In this document: piece after piece, positions 47,501 through 61,299 of the stretch
How the letters are laid out: the number at the start of each line of letters is the position of its first letter
Numbering within the stretch: the stretch's first letter is position 1
NCBI RefSeq assembly: GCF_964204865.1
Contig: NC_135252.1
Span: 3,596,001 to 3,660,000, forward strand
DNA: 64,000 bases
Direction: 5' to 3'
Source: Styela clava
Lineage: Eukaryota
Notes under the pieces: model-generated
Databases searched by the model: none
What the model saw: only the letters and a program-made list of their open reading frames with translations
Told to the model about the DNA's origin: nothing
Position numbers and translations under genes: made by a program

Positions 47501-50500
47501 AATATTTTGATATTCAGTTGCAACAGGCATCGAATAGGTGAAATGTTGCGGGCCATGTTGAGATTCAACCGTCGTCAGTGATATAGATGTAGAATGATCA
47601 GGACTTTTCTCTTCAGTTTCATCTGTATTCAAATAAAGCAAGATTGTTTGTGGATACAATACAACAAAATATCAAAGAACTTGGGCAATATGTATTTTGA
47701 ACACTGACTTGATACAAAAGATTACAATACACAACAACAATGTACAGGAAAAGAATTCAATAAAGTTGCCAAAACTTAGAATAAAGTTCAAATCATGAAG
47801 CATAAAGTCTGGAACACATAATACCACAGCAGGTTGAAAACCTTATTTTATAAATATCTTCTTAGCATGAATGAAGCATATATTCTGTGCTTAGGCAATG
47901 AACTCGTATGAATTAATATCTGGTTTAGAGCGCTAAACTTAACTGTGTTGGCATCGCAGGCTACACATGTTGACTTCAAATTCCATGTGTTCTACCTAGG
48001 GTGCAGTAGTTTCAAAAATAGAAACTCCTTACATATAAGTGGGAGCTTGTACAGAGCGCTGCTCTGGAAGAGAGGAGTGATATTGTCGTATATAAAATAT
48101 TTAAACAGATATCGCAATTTTTTATTTTTGACAAAGTGCAATATGGAATTTGCAACTTGATTCAATTAGTTAGTCCACCTTAAATATTTATAATACAAAG
48201 AAATATGAGCCAAACAAAGATGAATGAATTACCGGTTGAAATGATATCAACTTCCTTCGCAATATTATTGATTATATTTTCTTCTTCTGCATTTGCATCT
48301 TCAACAATATTTTTTATTTCGTCTGGATCAGGAACAGGAAAACTGAATGTTGCTGTTACCTTAACCTGGAGTAGAATGTTTGAATTACTTTGCTTTGCCG
48401 ATTTATTCTCCCTTCTCACATAAACTTTTAAATTAGACTGGTAAAATACCAATGAGGTGGAATATTGTTGTTTCCGCAAGTTGATTCAAAATATTATAAA
48501 ATACCACAATTTTGATTATGATAAATTCTCTATAAGATACCGAGATCACAAATTGTGATTATAATATAGTTCTTATTGAACAACAAAAAAATTTGATATA
48601 TACATAAATATAAAGATAGAAAATCAATCATTGGCACAGTTGATTACATATATTCATTATGTGATGAGATAATGTACCGGTAACTCCGAAAATTAAATAA
48701 AATTAAACATTCCAGCAATGAATATATGTCAACACTTACTAATTTGACAAGGTTCAGAAAATTGCCTGAGGCAACAAGTACAAGTATGAGATTCGTAATG
48801 GAAAATCGCTTCAACTGCAACTAGGGCTTGGGAGATGGTTAGAAATTGAAATGGATCCAATCCAACCAAGCCACAGTAGGCTTGTATAGGGTATGAGGAA
48901 AGTATAAATGTGAAAAAAGTATTAGATGGTTAGAAGTCAGCGCCAGCCTCCAAAAGTTCTGGTAGCTCAGGATCCCCCTCATACATTATGGTAAGCCTGG
49001 CTCCTGATCCAACAAACTAACATTGCCTCCACAGTCCCCATGCACGATTGTACCAGTAACTCATAAATTTTCAACTGTATGTTTGTTAGAATTCTACTAA
49101 TGAACAATTAGTTGTAAAAATACTCCTCATCACCATACACATCCATAGCTTTACACTACACAGAGCTACTAACCTTTCGTTTCTTTCTCATTGGTAGAGG
49201 CTTCTTCATTTCGGCAGGAGGTATTCCATTCCTCCATATACCAACTTCATAATCGTTTACTACTAATTTATGTGTTTTTTTCTTGTGCTCTTTTAAACTC
49301 CTGTTCGCTTTATACCTTGCGCCACATAACCCACATATGTAGGGCTTCTCACCTAGTAATATTTTGCAGCATATGATAAAGTAGAACAGTCAAAATATTA
49401 GGCATGCTACGTTATTAAATTTATGTTGCAATAGAAATGTCCATTTAGTAATGATATTTTTTAAATTGAGACTTGCGCTAATAATATAAGAAAAAAAGTC
49501 CACCTATTCCAGAATCGGATTTTTAGTATTTATCCCAGAGAAATAAGAAGGCGGAATAAGAAGGCTTAATTAAGAGGGTGAACAACAACCCGCTCCTGTC
49601 TGAGCAATTAAAGCAATTCGATAAGTGTTATTTCTAAAAAAAATCATCAAAAAAATATATACCTGTATGACTTCTTGTATGTTCAACGAGTTTTGTTTTT
49701 CTTGGAAAACTTTTCCCGCATTGATCACATACATATGGTCTGCTTTTATAATGAATATCAGCAATATGTCTTGATAATCCACATTTATGAGCAAACATCT
49801 TCATGCACAATTCACACTGAAATCTAAGTTTACAATTGATTGTTTGTTATTTGTATTTGTTAATATTTGTAGCAAAAAATGTCACTGCTGTCCGAAACAC
49901 TTTCTATTATGTAAATATTGCATAAAGCGAAAATGATATTTGTGTGTTACAATGCAAAGGCGGTTAAAGCTAAACTTTATAGACCTAACTGTGTTGTAAT
50001 CTCAAGTTTCACATCTTGGGCCAAATCCCCATGCTCACCACTTTACCAGGCGCTCCATAACTATGTGTATCAATATGGAGGTAACTAATTTTGTTCGCAT
50101 ATTTTACATCAAGATGTATAAAGGAACTGAAACCAATGGGCAGGGGGGATATTCACTCGGCAACACAAACAGTCAATATATCATTACATGACAGTGGCTG
50201 CATATACAGAGCCTTGTTGGGAGCGAAAGGCAAAAATAAGCGTCATATAGAGAAATTGGCTAACTCACAAATCCCCAATAGAATGTCTTGTAAAAATACC
50301 AAATTATTACAAAACAATACCTTCGTATTCCAGCATGTTGTAATTCATGTTCTTTTGCATGAATTTTTTGCACAAAACATTTTCCACAAACAGAGCATAT
50401 GTAAGGTCTTTCACCTATGAAACAAATGGAGCATCCATTTAAAAATTTTATTACATTGAAACTTTACAAATTCAGCAAGTTTGGTTGCCTAGTGGTTAGT

Positions 50501-53500
50501 TAAATCGTTCGACTGAACTATGAAGGCGTCACAGAATAAAATCTCCGGCTCAAATCTTATGATCACCACCTCACACAGGATGTATTAAATCGGGTGAGAA
50601 ATGCAAAAAGGAAAGATTCTGTTGTTTTCTATCGCAGCAACTCACCTACACTGGATTCTAGTGTGATTCCAATATAGAAAATTTCCATAAAAACCGGTAT
50701 TACTTGCAAAAATTCAATAGTACAGTGCTGTAATAGACACTTTTAATGTAACGTTTTATCCATACTATAAAGAAATACAGTATGCTTTTTGCACCTAACA
50801 AAACAAACAAATGCGAAGAATCGTTGAAAGTTTGATCTTTGTAAATGAAATCGGGATTCTATACATAGCATTTTCTATGAATGAGATCTTTTACTCCTTA
50901 CCTGTGTGAAGCCTCATATGCATTTTTAAACTGCTCTTATATGGAAATTTCTTCCCACAAAAATCGCAAACAAATAATTCATCACCACTGTGAGTTCGCA
51001 TATGAAGCTGCAATAAACAAGAAGTCAAATGATAAGTAATAAATAGGAATACAAATTTCAAACCAAATTGAGCATCTTGAAAAAATTGTGAGTGTAAAGC
51101 AAATTTAATTCCTAGTATAAATTGAAGACGACTAGAATCTTTTCCGAATAGTAGATTATTCGTTTTTGGCCATTCCTACTTGAAAATTAATATTTTTATA
51201 CTAATAACATGGTGTGATATTTAATACACTATGCAATGTTGCTGTTCAGAATATTACTTGCTGAAGAAATGTTGTCCTGAAGTCCTGAATAGATTATCAT
51301 ATTTTGGCCATGAGTAGCTAGAATAGGCGCTCTAGAAGTATGTATACCAATATGGAGGTAACTAATTTTGTTCGCCTATTTAACATCAAGTTGTGTAAAG
51401 GGACGGAAGCCTATGGGCAGGGGAATATTCACTTGGCTACCACAGACAGTCCTCGAACTCATAATAGAACTAAAATAAGGAAAATCACAATACAATTATG
51501 GCCTAACCCTAACCTGGTACACATACTATGGGATGACTGTTAAAATATACATACAAACTTCCAACACAAGACATACCTGCATCACATATAAACTTGTAAA
51601 TGATTTCTGACACAATGTACATTGTGTTCTCATTTTTTTAACATTGTGAGATGATAAATGTTGAGTCATTTCTTGTTGAGTATGAATAACTTTGTTACAA
51701 ACATGACAATTCTGTCCTTCTCCTGTGTGCCAACGTTGATGACGCTTCAATGCCGATCTTAAACACAAATATCGTATTTGAATTGACAGGTTTTATTTAG
51801 TCATGTATTTCCTGGTTTGTAATACAAGAGTTTCAACACATGAGAGACAGTGTTGGAATTTAAAAAAAAAACATTTGAAAAAAATTACAAAAAAATGGAT
51901 GCTTTTTAAGCAATTTTTCTAACCAAAACAAAATTTAAAGCAAAATTTAGAAACCCAACAACTGGGGTTTCAACACGAAAGAGCAAAACTTAAAAAAATG
52001 AGGCAAACCTATATTTTTGATTTTCAAACTCCTTCAACTTTTTATTAAAATACTTGGTGGATATCGCTTCAAATTTTGATTAAAAAATCAGCCTAGAAAG
52101 AATTTACGTCTTTATCATTTTTTCAAATAAAATTTGTTTATAATTTCAACATTCGTCCCTTTGTCTTGAAACCCCAAGTTCCTAATTTTGATAAATAAAT
52201 TTGCTATAAGAACTTACTTAATTTTTTGACATATTTCAGATAGGATTTACAAATATGATGTAATTGAAAAATGCTAGTTTGGATAATTCAAGTTTAGAAA
52301 TATCGATTTTAATATTAAATACACAAAAAGATTCGTTGAACTTACCGATATTTAAACTTTTGGTTGCAATAAGAACATATCAACTCTTCTCGGTTATGAG
52401 ATCTCATGTGACTCTGTAATGATGACATGATTAGTCAACTGAATATAATGTCAAAAAATTTTGCTAAAACAATAGCCTTCCATGAAAAGTAAGATAGCAG
52501 GTAAGTAGAAAATGGAAAAGCCGCATTATTATCAATTACGCACACCTACCGAAATGAAATTATTTTAAAACAACACAGCACAAGGAAAATAAAAAAAATA
52601 AAACACAAGTCCTATTTGCTACATGCTACATAATAAAAAATTGGTGTATCAGACTTACACTATCAGTTTATTTTACAAATTTCTACACTTTTTAAAACAA
52701 ACTCCATCAACTATAAAAGCATATTAAAGTTTAAACCAGCAGTATTGAATATATACCATCATGTTTTTTGCATTTGAAGTAATTTTGCCACAAAGGTCGC
52801 AAGCTTGGGATTCTGGAGTGATATTTTCTTCAGAATCTTTCTTTTTTCCCTGGTGAAAAATAGTAAGATTGCATCAAATATTTTGTCTTAACAATAAGTT
52901 AACATATTACAAAGTGTACAAACTGGTTGAGTGCACATAAAATTAATGAAGCGGGCTCGCGCTGGTGCATAGATGTCAAACCAATTGAATATCCAAACAG
53001 ATTCAAACTTGATTTTATGAAATATTCGGTTTTAGACATCTATATATGGGATATACTTTTTTCATGACTAGCAAAATAAGCATATGAGCAGTTAGAATTT
53101 TGACACCACACATTGGAGTTACAACGTTCACAGCCAATACTATTTTACATGACTAAACTAAATAAATAGCTCGTGGCAGCGTAAAAATATGGGTAGGTTA
53201 AAATACATTATGTCGCATTTCCAGTTTGGTGAAATTATTTTTTAGGTTAGCTTTAGTATACCTTCTTCCTTTTTGCTTTCATGCCTCTTTTTGTTCTAAC
53301 ATATTCTGAATCATCATCATTGCTCTCATCATCATACTGTAATGAATAATATAATTTTGATCATCATCTCAAAGTAATGACCCTTGACTCCAATTCAAAT
53401 TGTCAGGAAAAATCATAAAAATGTAATTGGCCACTGACATTTCTCAGAGCCATATATATGTTTATCAGTGCGACACAGATGTCAGTAATTTGTGCTTGAT

Positions 53501-56500
53501 TCAAGATTTCAAGTGAACAGTATCAGGGAAACAGCTGGGTGGAGGAAAACCCCACACGGCAAACGTTCTTGAAAACAAAACTTACAGTATAGAAATTTTG
53601 CTGATATTAGTAAATTCAACAATGAATGATTTGCAATTGGCGGTTTAGAACGCGGAGCAATGCAAACACTTTTTGTGAGTAATAAGGAAAGGTTATCTAT
53701 AGCCAATAGATCTGTGAGTTATGATACAAAATAAACTTATATAACATGGAATGACATTTGAGGTCATTTATTCTGTCATACTAGAACTCAATTAAAGAAA
53801 AACTTTAAGTTTTCAACAATAACATACTTCAATATCCTGGTTTTGCTCTAGAATGACAGCACGTTCTTCAACGGGTTCCTGCTGATTTCCAATTGCATCC
53901 TTAAAAAAAGATAGAACAGACTGTAAATTTTTATATTTAAATAATGCATTATTAAAGTCTTCACCTAGAATTAGTGGAAACATTTTGAAAATGACTAACT
54001 CTGAAAGGGTGATATCTGATCATCTAATCCAGGGGTCACCAAACTTATTTGACCGCAGGCCAGGTATGACTCAAACTGTGTTGAAACGGGCCGGACAAAA
54101 ATTTTTGTCAGTATGCAATACAATAAATTCACAAAAGTTGGGAAATCCATTCACTTTATTCAACAATATAAATTCTACATTTCTGAAGATTTGAATCAAA
54201 TTCTTTATCGCAGAACATATATCGATTAAGAACATCATAGCAAAACAAATATACAAGATGTCTAGATCTAGAAAACTATCCCAAGGTTAGCTATTAGCAA
54301 AACATTGCTGTCATGCATAGCCGCATGTAAGCAGTGAGCTACAAAAGTTAATGAGCAGTGCACAAGAGATTACAGTACTATAAGCACAAAATGCACGTTC
54401 GACATTCATTTTAGTACAAGGAACGTACGAAAATGTTGCGTTCCGGTAGAGAATTTCAGCCTATTATATCACAGCTATTTCTAGTATAATTTTGGATTAC
54501 TGCAATTACACTACAACTCCTAAGAAGGCAAAATGATGATTGACTCATTTGATTCATACTTAAACAACAAAACCAAAAACTAACGAATCGCATACAAAAT
54601 CGCAAAAACGAGGTATTGTTTACAAATACAACTGAAAATCTATCTTTGAATGTGAAAAGGCTTGTTACGTCACTTTTTGCATCTTGCTGATTAGACAATG
54701 TTACGAAATAAACAAGAAAGTCGATTCTCGAAACATCTCCTGGAAACAAAATTTCGGACAAATTCCTGTTCATGTTATTGCGGGCCAGATGAAAGGACTC
54801 CGGATCCGGCTTGCAGGCCGTAGTTTGGTGACCTCTGATCTAATCTAACATTCAAATAATTTGAGAATAGTCTAGAACAGGGGTGTGCAACCTTTAATAT
54901 AGGCAGGGCCAGATACAAAGAACTGAGTCAAACGTGGGCCACACCTTTATTTAACATAGGCTCTCTAGTAGTTGCAGGCACAAAAAATTTGGTTATTGAC
55001 CTTGTGCGTTGTTCGCTTCGCATAAGCTTTGTAACGCAAAGTGATTGGAATTACTCGCACATACTAGATTACCGTATTTATTCGATTATAACGCGCAAAA
55101 TTTTGAACTGAATTTTAGGCAAAAATCAATGCTGCGCGTTATACATGAGGTCTGAGAAATACGGTATTGAAAATGTGGTTTTAAACATCTGAAACGTGCG
55201 TGCGCTCGCGCATGCACATTCCAATGCAGGACTATTTCGTGCAAGCACACGCACATGCGACAGCTCAGCGTGCGTTTAACATTCGTGCAAGCGTTCGATT
55301 TTGTGCAAGCACACGCACATGCGACAGCTCAGCATGCGTTTGACATTCCCGCTGCGTTGAGAATATTTATTTGCCATTATCGTACTGTACTGTAGATACC
55401 CATTATATATTACCCATTATCTATTATGGCAAGACAAAAACGTTCTGCATATAGGGCTGCATTCAAACTGGAGGTTGTTGATTATGCGGAAAATCTCATG
55501 GAAATAGAAAAGCTTCTAGAGAATTCAATGTACCAGAGACAAATGTCAGAGATTGGAGAAAGCAGAAAGTTGTTCTAAAAGATATGAACAAAACAAAGAA
55601 AGCGCGGCGAGGGAGACAAGCCCGGTACCCAGAGTTGGAGAAGGAGCTTTATGATTGGATAGTTGATCAAAGATCTAGTGGGTACATCGTCACTTCGCTC
55701 CATATTAGACTCCGTGCACAAAAGATTTGCAAAGATTCAACCTTTAAAGCATCTAATGGTTGGGCACAAAAGTTTATGAGAAGGCATGGACTTGCACTAC
55801 GCCAGAAAACAAAAATTGCACAAAAGTTGCCTCAAGATTTAGAAGAAGAGTTTTGAATTACTGTGTGCTTTTGATAAATTTTTGTTCATGCTGTGAGTTG
55901 TTACCTTATGTGCTTACCAGTAGTTAGTAGAGAAAAAATAAAAAAAGAATTTTATACCAATTTTCATTCAAAATTTAAAGGTGCGCGTTATACACGAGTG
56001 CGCGTTATAATTGAATAAATACGGTAAATTTAAAAATTCACCGCAGGTTGCACACCCCTGGTCTAGAACACCAGTTTTTAAACCACCTGTTTGATTTGAC
56101 TGGCTGCGATCAGAATGTCTTGCACCCTCCTGGCTCGATGTGAACAAATATACAATGAACAACTCAGAAAATATTCAAGTAAGATTGACTACTAGATTAC
56201 ATATAGAAAGCAAGATAAAGTGCTTACATTAGAGTATCCAGTACCAGTGATTGTATATTCTTGAATCACTCCGCTACTATTCAATTCTTGTGAATTCTCA
56301 GTATTATGCTGTTAAATGTAAATATTGTAATGAAGTAGAAAACGAACAGGATGATTATCAAACTCACTCATTTTTATGCTTACCCCAACCATTCCAATTC
56401 CATCATTAGTCACAGGTTCTAATATCTGGTATTCCATTGCAACTTCTTCTTCAGAAACTAAATTCAAATTACTCACAATGGAGTCATCTCTTATTTCTGG

Positions 56501-59500
56501 TACTACACCAACCATTGTTTCTGATGAGATTAGTTGCATATTCACCGCTTGTTCTGATTCTGGATACAAGATTACAGATTCAGATGATATCTGTTCTTTT
56601 TTCTTAGATTTCTGATTATTTTTCGCAGTTTTTATATCACTGATAGATTCGTTAATCTCAATAGCAAAAGTACTTCTCATCATATCTTGGAATTTTTTTG
56701 CGGATGCCCGTTGCGGAGGCCTGGTTGGACTCAGAACTTTAGAAGATGTTGTTGTCTGGTTTTTATCTGCCTGGTGAAGCTGTTTAGTTGATTGTTTGTT
56801 CGAAACTGTAAAAACCACATATATTGAAATTTTAGTTTATATAGGTTGGACATCTAGATTACGAAGCTTGGTTACTGATTGATCATAATAAAGCTGGCCA
56901 CCTCACAATAGGCATAAGAAATGGGTTAAGTTAAGAAAAATTCAGGCCCAGCTAAATGTAGTATATAATATTGAAATCTATACATAACATTATCAATAGA
57001 TGAGAAGTGGGTGGTGCGGGATCTCATAATAATCTACATAGCGCAAATTAATAAATTGAAAGCTAATTATGCATACCAGTCTCTTCTGCCACTTGTGCAC
57101 CTCTTTTCTCCTCTGTTTCATGTTTTTTCATATGAAGCTTCAAAACAAAGCAGACGAATGATAATAACTTACAAAATGAAGTAAAGGTTTGCATATAGAG
57201 CATAACCAACACAATCAAAGATTAAACCGCTGATCAAATTTCTCTGAGATTTAGCACATAGAAAAAAAATTGATGACAATAGCCTGTCAAAAACATGCTT
57301 CATTTTTTTATCTCATAAGTATTTTTTTTTTTCGAAACAGTTTCACTGTCCCAGAATTTTTTTGTGTTGGGACATGAGCTAAAATGTATTTAGCATTCAT
57401 ATTGTAACACTAACCTTCATAACATAAATACTTGTAAATTTTTTGTTACATACAGAACAAGACATTTGTTCAGTGTTTTGCGCTCGCATAGGAAAACTAT
57501 CAACTTGTTGGACTTGTTCATCACTCGTATGCTGTGACAAATGTCTTTTCAGAGCAGATCTAAATTGAAAAAAAATATATTGAAGCTCTTCCTGAATACC
57601 ACTGCTCGAGTTTGTTTGGTGTTCAATTTGGATACAGTAATCAGGCATTTGGCTATGATTATTAGTTTATTACAATAGTTATAGAAGTCAATTTTATACA
57701 CAAGTTAGGGCACAAAATATAAGTCTGGTTCATATGATGGTCTGGTGATGACACGGGACGAATTTTGTTATTTTGGAGAGAAATTATTAGTACTTGGTGT
57801 AGTTTCACTAATATTGTTTAACACACAATGTAAACTGTTCAGATTGCGCAAGAGCTAAGAATCCATTAAAGAGTTTTCATACATAGTGAGGGATGAATAA
57901 AGAGATCCAAAATAAACAAAAAGAGGTATTTGTCAAAAAAGTTTGGTGTATTGAGCCTAAATAATGTTGTGATCTTAAGTTAGATTTCACACGATGCCCA
58001 CCAAACTTAGAATCAAAAGATCAATTTTGCAGGCTCTGTTAAACTAGGAAGATTCTGAACCTTTCGAAGCCTATTAAATACATCTCAATATCAATAACTA
58101 GTTCACCAGAGTAACATGTACAGGATTACCATTATATGTATAATTAAATAGTATTAGTTATTAGAGTTGTACTAAAATAGCTCCAGTCATTGACAATTTC
58201 AACAATCAAGCTCCATATGACATACCTGCTCTTGAAGGTTTCTTGGCATTTGTTACAAAAAAATTCAGAAGATGAATTGTCAGCAATTGTAGACTGCAAA
58301 GTAAGAAAAAAAAACTTGAAATGCTAATGTGGATAGGATCTACAAAAAATATACTTCCATCAAAACTAAGATTTCAAAATACACTCACATGTTCCACCTG
58401 CTCATCAAAAGTCTCCTCATTCTCTTCCAAGTCTTTTTTGAATTTTCGGTCGCTGAGTTTCGTACCGGACTTTTCGATGTTTAACATTAGGTCATTACTT
58501 TCATCGTTTTCCAAAGAAAGGTGTTTCTTTTTCTTGGCTTTATGATTTCTGCTAGAGGACGCTAGAGGACGAATTTCCTGAGATTTTTTATTACTTTTGC
58601 TCTTACTTTTCTTTGTTCCACCCAGAACAGCAGGGGTATTATCAGATGAGGAGGAGGAGGATTTCGAAGAATCAAATTTAGAAGCAGAAGACCTCTGTGG
58701 TCTTTCAGGGCTCTGTACCTCAGTCATTTTCATTTCTGTAAGTGTAACAGCAGACTCAAGATGCTCTGTTAAAGTTTTGATTTCCAGACATCTTGAAGCT
58801 TTCAGAAAGGCATGTAGCAAAGATGAATCTATACTTGTATCATCTACAGCTGTTGATGACGCTGAAAAAAATACAATAATTGTTTAAACAAAGAAAAGAA
58901 AATACTACCTCCAATAAATACATTATACGTTTAACCTAGTGTTCCGAGTGTTGGACTCAGAGGTTACTGACATCGGGCTCAAGCATGATGACCGCCACCT
59001 CACCCACAGTACTTTGAATAGAGTAGGCAACGACGAACCATAAAGATTCTTATTTTCCAAAAATGGTAGCACATTACATATTTGTGACTTCTTGTGCAAG
59101 GCCTTGTTCAGAGTAAAGGGGAAAAAAAAATCGTATGAATTTGCAGCATACCTTCAACATGTTTAATCTTTGATGATGAAATCCTCTTTGATTTTCTAAC
59201 GCTGGATATGATCTTACCTAAATAAGCAATTGCAATATAACACTAATTTCATTTGTAAAACATTAGTTTGAGCAACAAAACATTGATAAAATGCAGTGCA
59301 TTTAATATTTCAGTATTCATCTTAAAAAACTGCATGCAGATCAGCCTCTACAAATGTATAATTTCATTTCATAACTAAGACTCATAAAACGAAAATAACT
59401 TTCAACCTACAATATTCTGAAGGAATTTGACTCACCTTTTTGAGGGGATTTTGTTTGGAATAAATCGACATTGCCACTGTATATGTAATTCAGAAGGCTG

Positions 59501-60516
59501 TCCATACATGAGCTCACAACATCTTTTGGAAGTAAAACAAAAATCTTCCCAATCGAGCCCTCAGGGGAGGTGACCTAAGAAAATTGCCTTTTGTTATAAA
59601 TGGATAGAGATAACAAATATGCATTACAAAATTCATAACAGCTAAAATTTAGTTGGGTTTGTAAAGGAAAATATAAATAAAAAAGCAGTACGCATGAAAA
59701 AAAGGGAAAAAACATCTGGCTAGTTTTCGGCTATACAAATTTAAACGAGTGAATATAATAAGCCATGCATACAACATCATTTAATGGTCTTCAAAACTTA
59801 TATCTGCAACAAATAACTGGTTAATTATTCCCATACCCATGGACTGAAAACTAAACAAGAGGATGTGGTTCGCTATATGTTTAAGTCATGTCATCGACAT
59901 TCTTCTATTTCGAAATCCTACATTTAAGTAGATTTTTTGGTGTTTTTTTCATTTGTTACATCTAATTGAATACATGCAGTAAACGAAGCATGAACGGACA
60001 TGTGTTTCCTGGTCTTATTAAACACTAAACAGGCAAACATCGCTTGTTTGCATATGGCCTCATCAGCTTACAAGCGTCAGCTTGATATTGCTTGTGCACA
60101 AATTCCGGATATTAAAAAATCAATTTTGTGGCACGAAGTCTTGAAAACTAGTCAGTTCTCATTATGTCATTTATGTGTGAGTGATAAACATTGAGTGAAG
60201 TGGGAAAAATAACTACATAACTTTGCAAAAATTGTTCAAACAGTAACTGATACATGCTTTCATCCTTTATTAGCTTAGCAATCAATAAAATATTCTTTAC
60301 TTGTAGCTTTCCATCCATCGAATCTTGGAGCAATTTGTCAAGAACAGATGAAGCGGAAGATAAAACACAACTATGAGCATTGAATGTTTGATCAGAGTCT
60401 ATGCATTTGAGCACAACATCACAGTATTTTCCTTGCTTTTGTTTTTCATGGAGGCTAGAAAACATTGTCGTCTGATGTTCACTCCAGTTATCTCGATGAG
60501 TGGTTGATACCATCAT
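44588..60516 (-). CDS. BTB/POZ + 11 C2H2 zinc-finger transcription factor (ZBTB family), ~1209 aa, 24 coding exons
   Basis: Phase-consistent exons: 60516-60301, 59574-59436, 59217-59152, 58861-58389, 58293-58226, 57559-57415, 57137-57077, 56805-56384, 56308-56228, 53899-53828, 53336-53262, 52849-52757, 52413-52346, 51757-51577, 51007-50902, 50414-50321, 49823-49663, 49352-49174, 48365-48233, 47622-47249, 46694-46652, 46257-46087, 45210-45106, 44691-44588. BTB motifs YCDVVL, FNAHSCVLSSAS, LLNYIYSG; HTGERPY and HTGEKPY linkers. Confidence 0.87.
45492..45679 (+). mobile_element. MITE family A copy (ZBTB intron)
   Basis: 9-bp TSD AAATCATGT (45483-45491, 45680-45688). Confidence 0.92.
51326..51538 (+). 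mobile_element. MITE family B copy (ZBTB intron)
   Basis: Homolog of 2083-2291; contains CCTAACCCTAACC; degenerate 9-bp TSD GCTAGAATA/GTTAAAATA; partial copy at 50049-50172. Confidence 0.75.
51960..52180. mobile_element. Small AT-rich MITE-like inverted repeat
   Basis: Termini AACTGGGGTTTCAACACGAAAG / rc AACTTGGGGTTTCAAGACAAAG. Confidence 0.45.
54030..54837. mobile_element. Non-autonomous hAT element
   Basis: TIR CAG(G/A)GGTCACCAAACT; perfect TSD ATCTAATC (54022-54029, 54838-54845); carries a fragment of the Harbinger-like MITE. Confidence 0.88.
54878..56060. mobile_element. hAT MITE with nested pogo element
   Basis: 16-bp TIR CAGGGGTGTGCAACCT; perfect TSD GTCTAGAA (54870-54877, 56061-56068). 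Confidence 0.92.
55072..56024 (+). mobile_element. Internally deleted pogo-family (POGK/Passer-like) transposon
   Basis: TA TSD; TIR CCGTATTTATTC(G/A)ATTATAACGCGCA; frameshifted ORF from ATG 55426: RSAY.AAFKLEVVDYAE..GNRKASREFNV.E.NVRDWRK (Brinker-type DBD), then YPELEKELYDWI..FKASNGWAQKFMRRHGL (CENP-B HTH); DDD domain absent. Confidence 0.9.
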
Positions 60517-61299
60517 TTTGCACCTGCATAGATTTACATTAACCATTATATCAATATTTTAGTAGCCAATTTATTAAGAAAAAATGTCTGAGTTCTTTTG
60601 TAGACTTGGTGATTTCTTATTTTTTGTGTTAGACGGTCAGGTCAATAATTTTAAAAATTTGTCGCAGTCCAAAATATTGAGGGAAGAAATTTATCATCGT
60701 TTTTTTGAATGCATTCTTTAGTGAGAGAAGGGAATAGATCATTTTGACTTAGATGCCAGATTCCCAATAACAAAATTTGGCCAAAAATTATTTAATTATC
60801 ACTTACACGAATTATAACATAAATGAAAAAAATACCCAAAATAAACATCCAAATACAGAAATATAAAAATTAATAATCAAGTGCATTTAATTGGACTATT
60901 CATTTAGCTCATCACCTATCAAATCACAATTAAACAGTATCAGAGTATGCTGATATTATTTGTTTTGATGAAAATGAGCTATTGGGCAACAAAACTACAG
61001 TCATCTCCTAATCGTTTGCAAGGACTAGCAAGGCGCGTGAGTTTTTATCTTATAAGATTTGTTTTGAATACGGGTGCCGTATCTAAATTCTAACCCTGCA
61101 CTCCAACCATCAGCTGAAAGACGCCATTACCACAGGGTTAAACTGAACCTCACAATGCGGATTCCTAAATCTGAAATACTGGTTGCAATCTGCCTGACAT
61201 TTATGAAAATTCTAAAAGTACGTGAAGTTATATAGACTATATTTATATATATAATTAATTAATACTACCTTTCCGTAATCCTTCGGGCGAACTTCACTA

